Positions 19,903-28,888 of a DNA stretch of 52,312 bases are shown here, piece by piece. The stretch lies in the IMG/VR virus record IMGVR_UViG_3300048852_000117, positions 1-52,312 of that record, one strand, 5' to 3'. The position numbers and the translations under genes are program-made. Below the pieces are notes generated by a model, which did no database searches, had not been told where the DNA came from, and saw only the letters and a list, made by a program, of their open reading frames with translations. Every line of letters starts with the position of its first letter. The stretch's first letter is position 1. Source of the DNA: a virus. Lineage: Duplodnaviria; Caudoviricetes.

Positions 19903-20289
19903 TTACTGGTGCCTCGCCAGCTCGGCCTGCAGCTCTTCCAGGGTGACGTCGTCGCCGACTTCGATCCCCTTTTCCTTGAGCTGGGCGGTGACGTCCTCTT
20001 TGGCTTTGGCCTCGGCCTCCGCCAGACGCCTCTGCAGCGTCTCGAGGCCAGAGTTCTTACCGGCTTCGATACCCAGCGCTTTCAGCTTGGCGAGCAGAGC
20101 GTCCTTCTCGGACTCTCCACCTTGGGCCATCGGCGCAGCGCCGGCGACTGACAGGAACTTCAGCCGGGATGCCTGCTTGTGGCCGTCGGCGGAGAGCTCA
20201 ACATCGCGCGACTCGCCCGGGCGAATGAAGACCACGCCGGCACCAGTGCGAACGCCCTGAGGGGCCTTCGAGTTGTTGGTCACTTTCAT
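19903..20289 (-). CDS. Hypothetical head-associated protein with two HeH/LEM-like repeats
   Basis: LLAKLKALGIE..LETLQRRL and VTAQLKEKGIE..LEELQAEL repeats. Confidence 0.65.
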   Translation of the reverse strand: MKVTNNSKAPQGVRTGAGVVFIRPGESRDVELSADGHKQASRLKFLSVAGAAPMAQGGESEKDALLAKLKALGIEAGKNSGLETLQRRLAEAEAKAKEDVTAQLKEKGIEVGDDVTLEELQAELARHQ

Positions 20290-20301
20290 GACGCTCTCCT
20301 A

Positions 20302-21255
20302 TCAGGCCGCTGGTGCGGTGATTTCATCGAGGTAGAAGAACGCACCCGGCAGACGGATCTCGGTGCCGCCGGTACGCGCGATGATGCCGGTTTCGAAGCC
20401 CATGATGGACTTCTGGCGGGCAGCCAAGACGCGACGAGGCATCGGCAGGTGGAAGCGAACCACCTCCGGGTCCTTACGGTAGGCGACCAAGCGACCGCCG
20501 CCATCAGCAGAAGTGTTGCGCGCCTCGCGCAGCGGCTGAATGTCCAGCGGCTGGCCGGTTTCGGCGGTGTAGATGTTGTTGCGGCGGATGTACTCGAGCA
20601 CGGTCATGAAGCCGTCGCCAGCACCCATGCGTCGGGTAGCCACGTCACGGAACGCTTCGGGAGGCATACGCAGGGTGTCAGCCCATTCGACTTCCTCGGA
20701 GTTCTCGCGAACACCGCCAAGAGCGAAGTTCACGTCGGCCATGATCTGGTCAACGGTCTTATTGGCCCAGAAGATGCCGGTACCGGCACCCGATGCGTCC
20801 GCGCGCTGCACTTGGCCGTTATTCAGCAGGCCGGTCCAGCCCTTCTCGGCCGAACCGATCATGGCGATGTCGTTGAGCAAGCGCTCTACCTTGTCCGAGG
20901 CGCTGACGGCCTTGGTGTCGTTCAGGTTCACGCCGTAGATCGCAGCCTGATTCACTTCTTCGAGGTTCCACTCCCAACCGGAGCCGATCATGGCGAAGTC
21001 GTGCGAGGCTTGATCGCGGGTCACCTGGTTGAACGGCATGTCGGTACCGGCGCCGCTCAGGAACTTGGCTTCGCCCGCCGCATCGACGGTGAAGAACGTG
21101 GTGCCGATTGCCCATGGCTGACCTTCGGTTACTACAGGCACGTGAGCGCCATAGTTGAAGGTTGGGTAACGGCGCTGGTAGACGCGTGTCTCGATATTCC
21201 GGCCTTGGGCCAGAACGAACGGAAGCGCAGCCTGTGCGTCTTCGAATTGTTTCAT
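20302..21255 (-). CDS. Major capsid protein (DUF2184-like)
   Basis: 317 aa; GWTGLLN and ARTGGTEIRLP motifs; after decoration gene. Confidence 0.9.
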   Translation of the reverse strand: MKQFEDAQAALPFVLAQGRNIETRVYQRRYPTFNYGAHVPVVTEGQPWAIGTTFFTVDAAGEAKFLSGAGTDMPFNQVTRDQASHDFAMIGSGWEWNLEEVNQAAIYGVNLNDTKAVSASDKVERLLNDIAMIGSAEKGWTGLLNNGQVQRADASGAGTGIFWANKTVDQIMADVNFALGGVRENSEEVEWADTLRMPPEAFRDVATRRMGAGDGFMTVLEYIRRNNIYTAETGQPLDIQPLREARNTSADGGGRLVAYRKDPEVVRFHLPMPRRVLAARQKSIMGFETGIIARTGGTEIRLPGAFFYLDEITAPAA

Positions 21256-21274
21256 TTTTGTGAGTCCTCAGCCT

Positions 21275-21760
21275 TTAAGCGGCAGCGATCGGGCGCAGGC
21301 CCATGGAAATTTCGACGATGTCGCCATCGACGCCCGACGTGTCGAATACAACGTCAGCCAATGGGCCGACGATGCCCGCGCCAGCAGCGCCGACGTAGCG
21401 GTTGGTGGTCGGGTTGTAGAAGACGGCCCCGCCGTCAGCGACCGCGCCGCCAGCCTGGACCTTCATCGGGCCCATGGTCATGAACGCGCCGGTGAAGTGC
21501 TGCGGGTAGCCGTCGACCAGAGTGGAACCGACCGCAACCGGTGGCACGGCCGGGTTAAGGACTGCCAAGCCCATGAACGCGCCAGCAGACAGCGGCACAA
21601 CGCCGTGGTCACTGGTGCCGCGCTGCACAGGAGCGCCGAATCGGATGCCCTCGGCGTTCTCGACGGTGCGTGAGACCTTGTTGCACTTCTCCTCGCTCGC
21701 GATCTGGCCGACGAGGCCTTTGGCCGGGCGTGCGCCGTAAGTGGTTTGCAAAGTAGCCAT
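21275..21760 (-). CDS. Capsid decoration/cement protein
   Basis: Gly/Ala-rich, IRFGAPVQRG; between scaffold and capsid genes. Confidence 0.75.
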   Translation of the reverse strand: MATLQTTYGARPAKGLVGQIASEEKCNKVSRTVENAEGIRFGAPVQRGTSDHGVVPLSAGAFMGLAVLNPAVPPVAVGSTLVDGYPQHFTGAFMTMGPMKVQAGGAVADGGAVFYNPTTNRYVGAAGAGIVGPLADVVFDTSGVDGDIVEISMGLRPIAAA

Positions 21761-21772
21761 GTCGGGTTCTCC

Positions 21773-22906
21773 TTAGGCCTGGGCTGGGCGGTGAGCGGTC
21801 TGCATGTCAGTGATCATCTGCAGGCGGGCCTTTTCGGATTCGTCGCCGACAGTCTTGCTGTCCTGCTGAATCATGTGCTGGCGGAACGGGTCGTTGCCCG
21901 GAGCCTTGGCGGCGTCCTCGACCAGAATTTCGAAGCGCGCATCGATGTAGGCGTCCGGCTTGCCAGCGATTGCCGCATCACCCAGCTTGGCTACGACAAC
22001 AGCCTTGCGGATGTCTGCGTCGGTCTTACCGGTGTAGTCGGCGTCTGCGATGGCTTTGGCCTTGCTGATCAAGTCGGCCCGCGCGGTCACGCGCTTGTCG
22101 ATGTCGGCGTCGCTCAACTGCTTGGCCTTCAAGCTGTCGATCTCGGCGTCTTTCTTTGCCAGGTCAGCATCCTTGGCAGCCAGCGCAACGGCGTGCGCAT
22201 CGGTCAGGGTTTTGATGTTCACCCCGGCGTCGGCCAGCTGCTTGGTCAGCTTGTCGATTGCCTGGGCACCTTGGTCAGTGGTCTGGACGGACAGGCCATC
22301 AACAATGACCGTACGCAGTGAATCAGCCATGTCATGGCCTCCTTTGGGGGTTAGTTGCTTGTTGTCACCGATGCGAAGTTGTTCGCCGCCCCGAGCGCGA
22401 TGCTCCAGGCTGAGGTGATTCATCTTCATGGGGCCGAGATAGCAGTCGTAATGCTCGCCGTCGTCGGTTGTGCCGTCCTGGAAGACCACTTCGGCGCCAT
22501 AGCCCATGGAGAGCTCGCGCTTGCCAGCATCGAAGTCGGCGATGGCCTTGGCATCCATCAGTACCAGCGGCACCTTCACGAACTGGCCGTCCCGCACCAC
22601 GTCGCCGCCGGTCTGGCCGATGGCGAGGTCTTTCCAGTTCTGCGAGTTGACGCCGTCGCCGCCTGGGTGGCCGTTGGTCATCGGGCGGTAGGCGTAGGAC
22701 TGCATGGCGTCCTTGTGGAAGACCGAGCTTTCAGGGCGGTACACCTTCACAATCGGCTTGTCGCGCAGTCCGTGCTGGTTGTCTGGGTCAACCTCGGTGC
22801 CCAGATAGTCCTGGATGCCCGTGCGAGCCACCCGGGCTTCGGCCACAAGGTATCCGTCCGCGGTGCGCCGAACGCCCGAGACTGGTACGGAATCTGTGAG
22901 AATCAT
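21773..22906 (-). CDS. Prohead protease-scaffold (DUF2213-like)
   Basis: DGYL..ARVARTGIQDY, TNGHP, GKRELSMGY, NHLS...RARGG; coiled-coil C-terminus. Confidence 0.9.
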   Translation of the reverse strand: MILTDSVPVSGVRRTADGYLVAEARVARTGIQDYLGTEVDPDNQHGLRDKPIVKVYRPESSVFHKDAMQSYAYRPMTNGHPGGDGVNSQNWKDLAIGQTGGDVVRDGQFVKVPLVLMDAKAIADFDAGKRELSMGYGAEVVFQDGTTDDGEHYDCYLGPMKMNHLSLEHRARGGEQLRIGDNKQLTPKGGHDMADSLRTVIVDGLSVQTTDQGAQAIDKLTKQLADAGVNIKTLTDAHAVALAAKDADLAKKDAEIDSLKAKQLSDADIDKRVTARADLISKAKAIADADYTGKTDADIRKAVVVAKLGDAAIAGKPDAYIDARFEILVEDAAKAPGNDPFRQHMIQQDSKTVGDESEKARLQMITDMQTAHRPAQA

Positions 22907-22908
22907 TA

Positions 22909-24726
22909 CTACTCCTTGAGCTTGTCCTGCCAGTTCTCGACGACTTCCGCGAAGATCTCAGGACCCAGCTCGATCACGCCCCGATATGGCTCAACCTTGC
23001 TCAGGTCAACCGTTCCAGGCTCGTAGGTGAAGGTGATGTGCGGCTGATACTCCGGCCAGTCCCATGACGCGCCGGCCTCAATGATCGAGACATGACGCCA
23101 AGCTAGTTCGGAGCTGTTGAACAGCAGCACGACCGCGCCCTCGCCGAACCGCTCGATCAGGCGGGCGCCGCCAGGCGCGATTGACAACTTCCCGTCTCGG
23201 TCGCCGGACCAGGAATCACCGACCTTCATCCAGTTGACGGCCCTGCGGCTGTAGGCCACCGTCACGTGCAGGTCATCTGCCGGCAGCGTGGTCTCGAAGC
23301 CTTGAGACTTGGCCCAAGCGATGATGTCGGCAGCGTTGGTGACCGTCCGGGAGACGTAAAGGGTGCGTGGCGCGGCGTCGGTGATCCGAGTTGCGCCTGC
23401 CTGCTGGACGCCTGACTGCGGCACATCATCCCCGTCCTCCTCGTCAGGCAGCTCGCTGCCGAACTCAGAGATGGCCGACTCAAGGCCGGGCACTACACCG
23501 TTCTCGACCAGCAGCGTGACAGCCGCCTTGCTCAGGGCGTCTTCAGGGAACAGGCCGGAGTCCTTCAACACCTTGATGGTGTCGGCGGTCGTCTTGCCGA
23601 TGTCCGATTTCTCCTTCGCGGTGGACTGCCACAGAGGCGCCCAGGCGTAGTGAATCTCCGATGGGCGACTGCCCAGGGCAGACCGGATCAGACATTCGTC
23701 GAACAAGTACAGCGCTGGTGCCGTCTCCAGCTCCTGCATGGCCTGCACGCGGTCGTAGTAGTTGCGAAGGTCAGACTCGCCCGTGGCACTCATCCCAGCC
23801 GGCGCCTGACTCAACAGGCGGGTGGCTGGAATGTCGGCAGCACCTGAAACAACCTGCAGGAAGCGGTCGAGGATGTCAGGCAGCGTGCCGAAGCTCGCCG
23901 ACTTGCTCTCGTACTCCTCTTCCTTGTCGAGGATCAGGGTGCCGTTGATGCCCTTTGCCATCGCGGCCAGGCGCAGTCGCTCAAGAATCTGCTTCTCGTA
24001 CGCCTTGTCCTGCATGTTCTGCATGAAGTCGGGGATACGGATCACGTCGACCTTCGCCTCGAAGATGAGGCTGGCGATATTCGCCATGGTTGAGTCAGCG
24101 TGTTTGACCGCTTCCATCACGGCGAGCAGCACCGAGTCGCCCCATCCCTGTTCGACACCCATGGCCAGGTCAGAGTCAGGATGGCGCGCGCCGATGAACT
24201 CGATCAGGCGTGATGGGTGAATCTGGATTGATCCGCCGGCCAGGGTGTAAGCCTTGGGCCTACCATAGCGTTCGGACTGCGGGTCTTGCTCGATCTCGGT
24301 CGGATGCAGATTGCGACGGGTCATCACCGTGAGGTACTTGATGCCGCCCGCCCTGATGCGGGTGAAGTCCAGAGGCTGCGACGGATCGCGCTCGCCTGTG
24401 CCGATGAAGACCGCAGCCCCGCCGAACAGACGAGCCTTGATCATGGCTTCGAGAACCTTGGCCTTGATGCCAAGACGCTTCTCTTCCGCTTCGATCCTCT
24501 CGATCTGTTTCTTGTCAGCCTGCCAGTTGCGCCACTTGCGGCAAGAGTCCATCGCGGGGATATCCACGATCTTGCGTGGCAACCAGGCCCCTCGGTAGGC
24601 GTTTACGAGCTCTTCGTCGGTCATGAGTGCGGGGGCGTAGGTCGACCCGACGGACTTGTCTCGCTCAGTGCCGAGATTCGCCACCAGGTTGACGAGCTTG
24701 TCGCTCAGGAATCGGATAGCGCCCAT
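22909..24726 (-). CDS. Portal protein (DUF1073-like) fused to a C-terminal Acb1-like 2H phosphoesterase
   Basis: Portal motifs ARLFGGA and ADIPATRLL..APAGMSATGESDLRNYYD; last 155 aa hold two HxT motifs (LHVTVAYS, PHITFTY). Confidence 0.88.
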   Translation of the reverse strand: MGAIRFLSDKLVNLVANLGTERDKSVGSTYAPALMTDEELVNAYRGAWLPRKIVDIPAMDSCRKWRNWQADKKQIERIEAEEKRLGIKAKVLEAMIKARLFGGAAVFIGTGERDPSQPLDFTRIRAGGIKYLTVMTRRNLHPTEIEQDPQSERYGRPKAYTLAGGSIQIHPSRLIEFIGARHPDSDLAMGVEQGWGDSVLLAVMEAVKHADSTMANIASLIFEAKVDVIRIPDFMQNMQDKAYEKQILERLRLAAMAKGINGTLILDKEEEYESKSASFGTLPDILDRFLQVVSGAADIPATRLLSQAPAGMSATGESDLRNYYDRVQAMQELETAPALYLFDECLIRSALGSRPSEIHYAWAPLWQSTAKEKSDIGKTTADTIKVLKDSGLFPEDALSKAAVTLLVENGVVPGLESAISEFGSELPDEEDGDDVPQSGVQQAGATRITDAAPRTLYVSRTVTNAADIIAWAKSQGFETTLPADDLHVTVAYSRRAVNWMKVGDSWSGDRDGKLSIAPGGARLIERFGEGAVVLLFNSSELAWRHVSIIEAGASWDWPEYQPHITFTYEPGTVDLSKVEPYRGVIELGPEIFAEVVENWQDKLKE

Positions 24727-26012
24727 TAGGAAACACCTGCGAGGGAGTACTTGTTGATTGGGTACTCTTTGTGAATGAAGTAGCCACCAGCGTCAGGCCG
24801 GTGGTCGTTGCCCTGCTTCTTGTCGGGCTCGCCGTTGGTGCCCCAGATCTGCTGCTCAAGGTCGTCGGCATAGGTCGGGCACTTGTCTGCGTTCACGCGG
24901 TACCGGCGCTGCCCTGCTGCGTTGCAGAACATCGCGTTCATCGAGTTGATGCGATCCTTCACCGGCGGGTTGCTAGCCGGGGCGGCGACGATGAAGCCAG
25001 CCTGCTTGAGCAGGGAAATGTCTGTCTCACTAGCGCGCACTGACTTGCGGGAATCACCAGAGGCGTCCGGATAGACCCGAATCTGGCGCGTGTTGCGGTA
25101 GTCGTTGCCGTCGTACAGCCAGTAGCGCTCTTTGATCTGCTTGATCATGTCGGGCGTGTCGTAGCCGTTGATGATCTCGTCCACCGCATGAGGCAGGCCC
25201 AGGCGCTTGACGTGGACCACGGCCGACATCTTGCCGACGTTGAAGTCCATGCCGATGAACAGCGGTTCAGCAGGCTGAATTGCCTCTTGGCTACCGTTCA
25301 GCTTGCGGTCATAAGCGGTGTAGATCGTCCCGGACGTCAGGTTCACGAACTGGCCGTTCAGGTAGGCCATGATCAGTTGCTCGGGATACGAGTCCATCAG
25401 CGACGGGATATAGTCAGGCGGCAGGTTCAGCTCGTTGTCGAACGTGCTCGCCTGCACTAGGCCATACATGCCGTTGAGCGCCGGCTTCTCGCGCAGCTGC
25501 TTGACGAACTGCTGGAAGACGAACTTGAACCCTTCCGGAGTCGTGGTGACGTCTACGCCGTTCTTGAGCCCAGCCACGTTGTAGCGCATCCGGGCAATGA
25601 TCTTGCGCCAAGCATGCTCAGCCTTCAGCTTGGGCAGAACGTCCAGCTCGTCGACCAGAGCGTGACCGATCTTGAAGCCCACGATGGTTTGTGGCTTTTC
25701 CATCGACCGACAGATCGCTGTGCTTCGATACTGTCCGCCACTGTAGAACTCGACCTCTTTGTCGCTCTCCTTCGTCTTGACCTTCAGGCCCCAATCGAAC
25801 GCCACTTCCTCGATCGTCGGAAAGAAGATGTCCCGAATCTGCGGGTAGGTCGGAGCGAAGTAGCCGGAGTTGATGCGGGGCCATTCCCATACGTGCTTGC
25901 AGATGCCAGCGCAGCCCACCCACGTCTTGCCAGAGCCAAAGCCTGCAACGAAGCCGCGGAACTTGTGCTGCATCTGGAGGAATCGAGCCTGCGGGACGTT
26001 AAGCGTCGGCAT
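24726..26012 (-). CDS. terL: Terminase large subunit
   Basis: Walker A GFGSGKT, Walker B LVDELD, nuclease IGMDFN and DHRPDA. Confidence 0.95.
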   Translation of the reverse strand: MPTLNVPQARFLQMQHKFRGFVAGFGSGKTWVGCAGICKHVWEWPRINSGYFAPTYPQIRDIFFPTIEEVAFDWGLKVKTKESDKEVEFYSGGQYRSTAICRSMEKPQTIVGFKIGHALVDELDVLPKLKAEHAWRKIIARMRYNVAGLKNGVDVTTTPEGFKFVFQQFVKQLREKPALNGMYGLVQASTFDNELNLPPDYIPSLMDSYPEQLIMAYLNGQFVNLTSGTIYTAYDRKLNGSQEAIQPAEPLFIGMDFNVGKMSAVVHVKRLGLPHAVDEIINGYDTPDMIKQIKERYWLYDGNDYRNTRQIRVYPDASGDSRKSVRASETDISLLKQAGFIVAAPASNPPVKDRINSMNAMFCNAAGQRRYRVNADKCPTYADDLEQQIWGTNGEPDKKQGNDHRPDAGGYFIHKEYPINKYSLAGVS

Positions 26013-26460
26013 CAGGCTTCCTCGCGTCCACCACGTCGACCTGCACGCGGGTGGGCGGCACGTTGTCGTGAGGGTTCTCGTTCTTGGTCTGGCGGTTGAC
26101 GTAGATGTCGCCAACCTCCTTGGCCGCCTGCTCCAGCAGTTGGGCAGTGAGAGCCATGTTCTTCATGCTCTCAGCCTTCTCGGCCATCCGCCCCAAAGCA
26201 CGAAGCCGGTAAGCGCGGTGCGCGATAGGGATGCTCGCAGTTTCAGCTGTGAAGCGCTCTCGGCAGACATGGAACAGGTCAGCCCAGCGCTTTGCCAGGC
26301 CACGACCTGCGTACTTCGTAGGGTCATGGCCCTCGCAGGTCTGACGACTCACGTCTATGCCGAATTCTTTCTTGACAGCCTCCACCACCTGGGAAGGTGT
26401 ATCGAAGCAGGCCAGAGCCTGAACAATGAAGGCTTTGACCTCGCTTCGTAGTGCTGCCAT
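25999..26460 (-). CDS. terS: Terminase small subunit (DUF2280-like)
   Basis: VKAFIVQALACFDTPSQV motif; overlaps terL start. Confidence 0.85.
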   Translation of the reverse strand: MAALRSEVKAFIVQALACFDTPSQVVEAVKKEFGIDVSRQTCEGHDPTKYAGRGLAKRWADLFHVCRERFTAETASIPIAHRAYRLRALGRMAEKAESMKNMALTAQLLEQAAKEVGDIYVNRQTKNENPHDNVPPTRVQVDVVDARKPDADA

Positions 26461-26491
26461 GTAATTGCCATCCGTCAGGGCCGGTCAGGAC

Positions 26492-27115
26492 TCAGGCCGA
26501 CTTGAGCAGGCAGGTTCCGCAGGCCCTCGAAATGTTGATCTTGCCCACCTCGGCAGGCTTGTTTGCTGCATCCACCAGGGCTTGAACGTCTTCGCTCGCC
26601 CCATAGCGACGGACGACACCGACGAACTCTTCCACGTCGTGGCCTTGAAGCTTGAGCTTGGGCATGCCGTCCTGGGTGAACTTGGGTGCGCCATATTGAT
26701 CGGTCGCTTGGGCGATGTGATACAGCTCATGCTCGACCAGCGCGCAGAATTCAGCGTCGGAGCACTGAGCGCAGTAGTCAGCAGCGAGCGTGATGATGAA
26801 TTCGGGTACAGAGCCGAACCAGTCGAACATCTGTTGTTCCATCCGGGCTTTCTGCCAGCCGCCGGCGCGGAACGCTACCTGCTCTGCCTGACCCAGCACT
26901 GTGCGGCCCTGCTTGTTGAAGCTGGACGACGCCCACATTACGCGAACGTCTGCATCGAGCAGATGAGCATGATCCGGGTTGTGGATGCTTCCGGTATCCG
27001 CGAGCACTTCGACCTTGAGCCATTCCCACACCTCAGGCGCCGGAGTAAGCCGTATACCGAAGTCAGACAGGTCCGACAGCTCAAGCAGCGACGCTGGAGG
27101 TGCTGGGCGGGTCAT
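26492..27115 (-). CDS. Putative phage metallopeptidase
   Basis: LVEHELYH (HExxH) and GHDVEEF motifs. Confidence 0.8.
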   Translation of the reverse strand: MTRPAPPASLLELSDLSDFGIRLTPAPEVWEWLKVEVLADTGSIHNPDHAHLLDADVRVMWASSSFNKQGRTVLGQAEQVAFRAGGWQKARMEQQMFDWFGSVPEFIITLAADYCAQCSDAEFCALVEHELYHIAQATDQYGAPKFTQDGMPKLKLQGHDVEEFVGVVRRYGASEDVQALVDAANKPAEVGKINISRACGTCLLKSA

Positions 27116-27278
27116 GGGCTTATTTCGCTCCGCAGTTCGGACAGATCGGCCCGGTATCAGTTTGATCCTGGACATGTCTAGCTCCATTGCCCGGCCAACG
27201 TCTTGGGCAAATTGATTGCTTATGATCATGTTGCTCAGCACCTAGAAGCCTCCAGCGATCCAGCTGGAGGCCAGTAGC

Positions 27279-28130
27279 TTAGTAGAAAGTGTGTACAACC
27301 TGATCGAAGGTCTTCCATTCTCCATTATTAGGATAGAAAACCTTGACTGGCTTGATATTTGGTTTGAAACCAAACCGTGCCCACACTACCTTCTGAGTGA
27401 CGATAGAAAAACTACCGTTTTCCTGTATACGAGCATACGAACCTGGGTAGCCGTCCGTCTGCGTATGCCAGACCGCAACACCGGCTTGGTTGTATACAAC
27501 AAAGTTGCCATCCGCTTGCATGGCTGCAAACGCACCACCCTTTTCATGCGTATAACTAGCCCACAGTACAACCCCATTTTCCCCATAGAGCACAAGGTTG
27601 CCGTCGCCTTGGAATACCAGATTGGAATTTCCTACGGTAAACGAGTCCCCCGGGTAGATCATGGTGCCGGGCGGGATCATCACAGCTGGGAGGTCAGGGG
27701 TAACAGGAATTGATTTCTTGCTAGCCCAAACTGGAATTGCATCAATGATTACGATATTTCCATCATCTTGTAGTTGAAGAAACGTACGCAACATCGCTGC
27801 GGTTGTGTCTTTGTCCGGTGGGGTACTGTTATCAGTAGACCACAGGCGGGACCGCTGGTTATCTGAAACACAAAGAGCATAGTTGAGGTAAGCAATTGAT
27901 ACCTTAGCTGTCATGCCTCGCTTCGGATATACCTCCCCCGAATATGGTACGTCGGCATTACCTGCCCAAACTGGATCGGTTCCATCCCACAAAACCAAAT
28001 TGCTATCTTCCTGAAAAATCAGTCGGAAACGCTTATTAGGCGAATCCAAATACTGATTGAACACCATTTCGGTCTTTGGATTTAAGATTGACAGTCCATT
28101 TTCCGACATTGAGTTTAGGAAATATCCCAT
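27279..28130 (-). CDS. llpA: Lectin-like bacteriocin (LlpA / putidacin L1 family)
   Basis: Tandem MMBL motifs QEDSNLVLW, QDDGNIVI, QGDGNLVLY, QADGNFVVY, QENGSFSI; C-terminal WARFG; no signal peptide; AT-richer. Confidence 0.9.
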   Translation of the reverse strand: MGYFLNSMSENGLSILNPKTEMVFNQYLDSPNKRFRLIFQEDSNLVLWDGTDPVWAGNADVPYSGEVYPKRGMTAKVSIAYLNYALCVSDNQRSRLWSTDNSTPPDKDTTAAMLRTFLQLQDDGNIVIIDAIPVWASKKSIPVTPDLPAVMIPPGTMIYPGDSFTVGNSNLVFQGDGNLVLYGENGVVLWASYTHEKGGAFAAMQADGNFVVYNQAGVAVWHTQTDGYPGSYARIQENGSFSIVTQKVVWARFGFKPNIKPVKVFYPNNGEWKTFDQVVHTFY

Positions 28131-28139
28131 TGAGGTTAC

Positions 28140-28325
28140 CTATTGAGTTTGATGATTTGTCGCGGAGGATTCCGCTGTCATGTCGCTCAAAGGCGATAGC
28201 TCGAGGCTCGGGGCCTTCACATGATTCAACGTCCCGCACCGGGAACATTTGATCTGGAGCTCGGCGTTCTCGCCGATACGGGCAAGAAGTCTTTTGCACT
28301 GTCCACATCTGAAGTCTTTCAACAT
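28140..28325 (-). CDS. com: Mu Com-family zinc-finger regulator
   Basis: RCGQCKRLLAR...IKCSRCGTLN. Confidence 0.88.
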   Translation of the reverse strand: MLKDFRCGQCKRLLARIGENAELQIKCSRCGTLNHVKAPSLELSPLSDMTAESSATNHQTQ

Positions 28326-28361
28326 CTGCAAAGCCTTATCGTTTTCTGCTAGGCTCCGCCC

Positions 28362-28464
28362 CGCTCGCGCGAGCAGTGAGGGCCTTGGCTGGCTTGCAGG
28401 CTACATCTGCGATCTGGCGGCTCTGTCGGGTGTTCCCGCACCCGCTGGAGTCGCCCTCTCTTTT
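28362..28464 (+). ncRNA. Candidate structured antisense RNA upstream of com
   Basis: Extended -10 TGcTAGGCT (28347-28355), nested stems, U-run at the 3' end. Confidence 0.45.
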
Positions 28465-28473
28465 CCGTGCAAC

Positions 28474-28503
28474 AAAAAAGCCCCGATCTATGTCGGGGCT
28501 TTG
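28474..28503. terminator. Intrinsic terminator between holin-like genes and com
   Basis: AAAGCCCCGA..TCGGGGCTTT hairpin with A-run. Confidence 0.8.
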
Positions 28504-28549
28504 GTTTCTTATCCGTAACGTGGCCAGCATGGTGCCGTTTGCAGGTGCG

Positions 28550-28888
28550 CTACGGAGCTTTCCGCTCTACCGCCTCGGTCACCTTGTCGGCGGCTTTGCT
28601 GGCAGTGTCGGCTGCCTGGGTAGCGGTTGCTGATGCTGCCTCAACCTTTGCAGCCGCATCGGTGGTCTTGGCTGCCAGGCTGCTCAAGCGTGCGTCTCGC
28701 TGCTTGGTGGCCTCGTCATACCCTCGGCGCACCTCAGCAACTTGATCGGTGTACCAGCTGGCAAGCTTCCACTGTGCGGCCTGGAAGCCAAGCACAGCGC
28801 CGCCGAGGACCAGCAGGACGGCGATCACCCACACCTCAACCCGACGCCACCAGCGGCGGGCTATGAATTGCATCGCGCATGAGTCCAT
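28550..28888 (-). CDS. Single-TM lysis-region membrane protein
   Basis: RRWWRR followed by a TM helix and coiled coil; coupled to the upstream gene. Confidence 0.65.
   Translation of the reverse strand: MDSCAMQFIARRWWRRVEVWVIAVLLVLGGAVLGFQAAQWKLASWYTDQVAEVRRGYDEATKQRDARLSSLAAKTTDAAAKVEAASATATQAADTASKAADKVTEAVERKAP

Noticed and set aside
4152-26451. Many long + strand ORFs (e.g. 4152-5312, 15293-16783, 20179-21483)
   Set aside because: Antisense shadows of high-GC structural genes, with no recognisable motifs
28378-28460. Multi-stem structure as a tRNA
   Set aside because: No T-loop GTTCRA, no canonical D arm, no CCA end; kept only as a candidate antisense RNA
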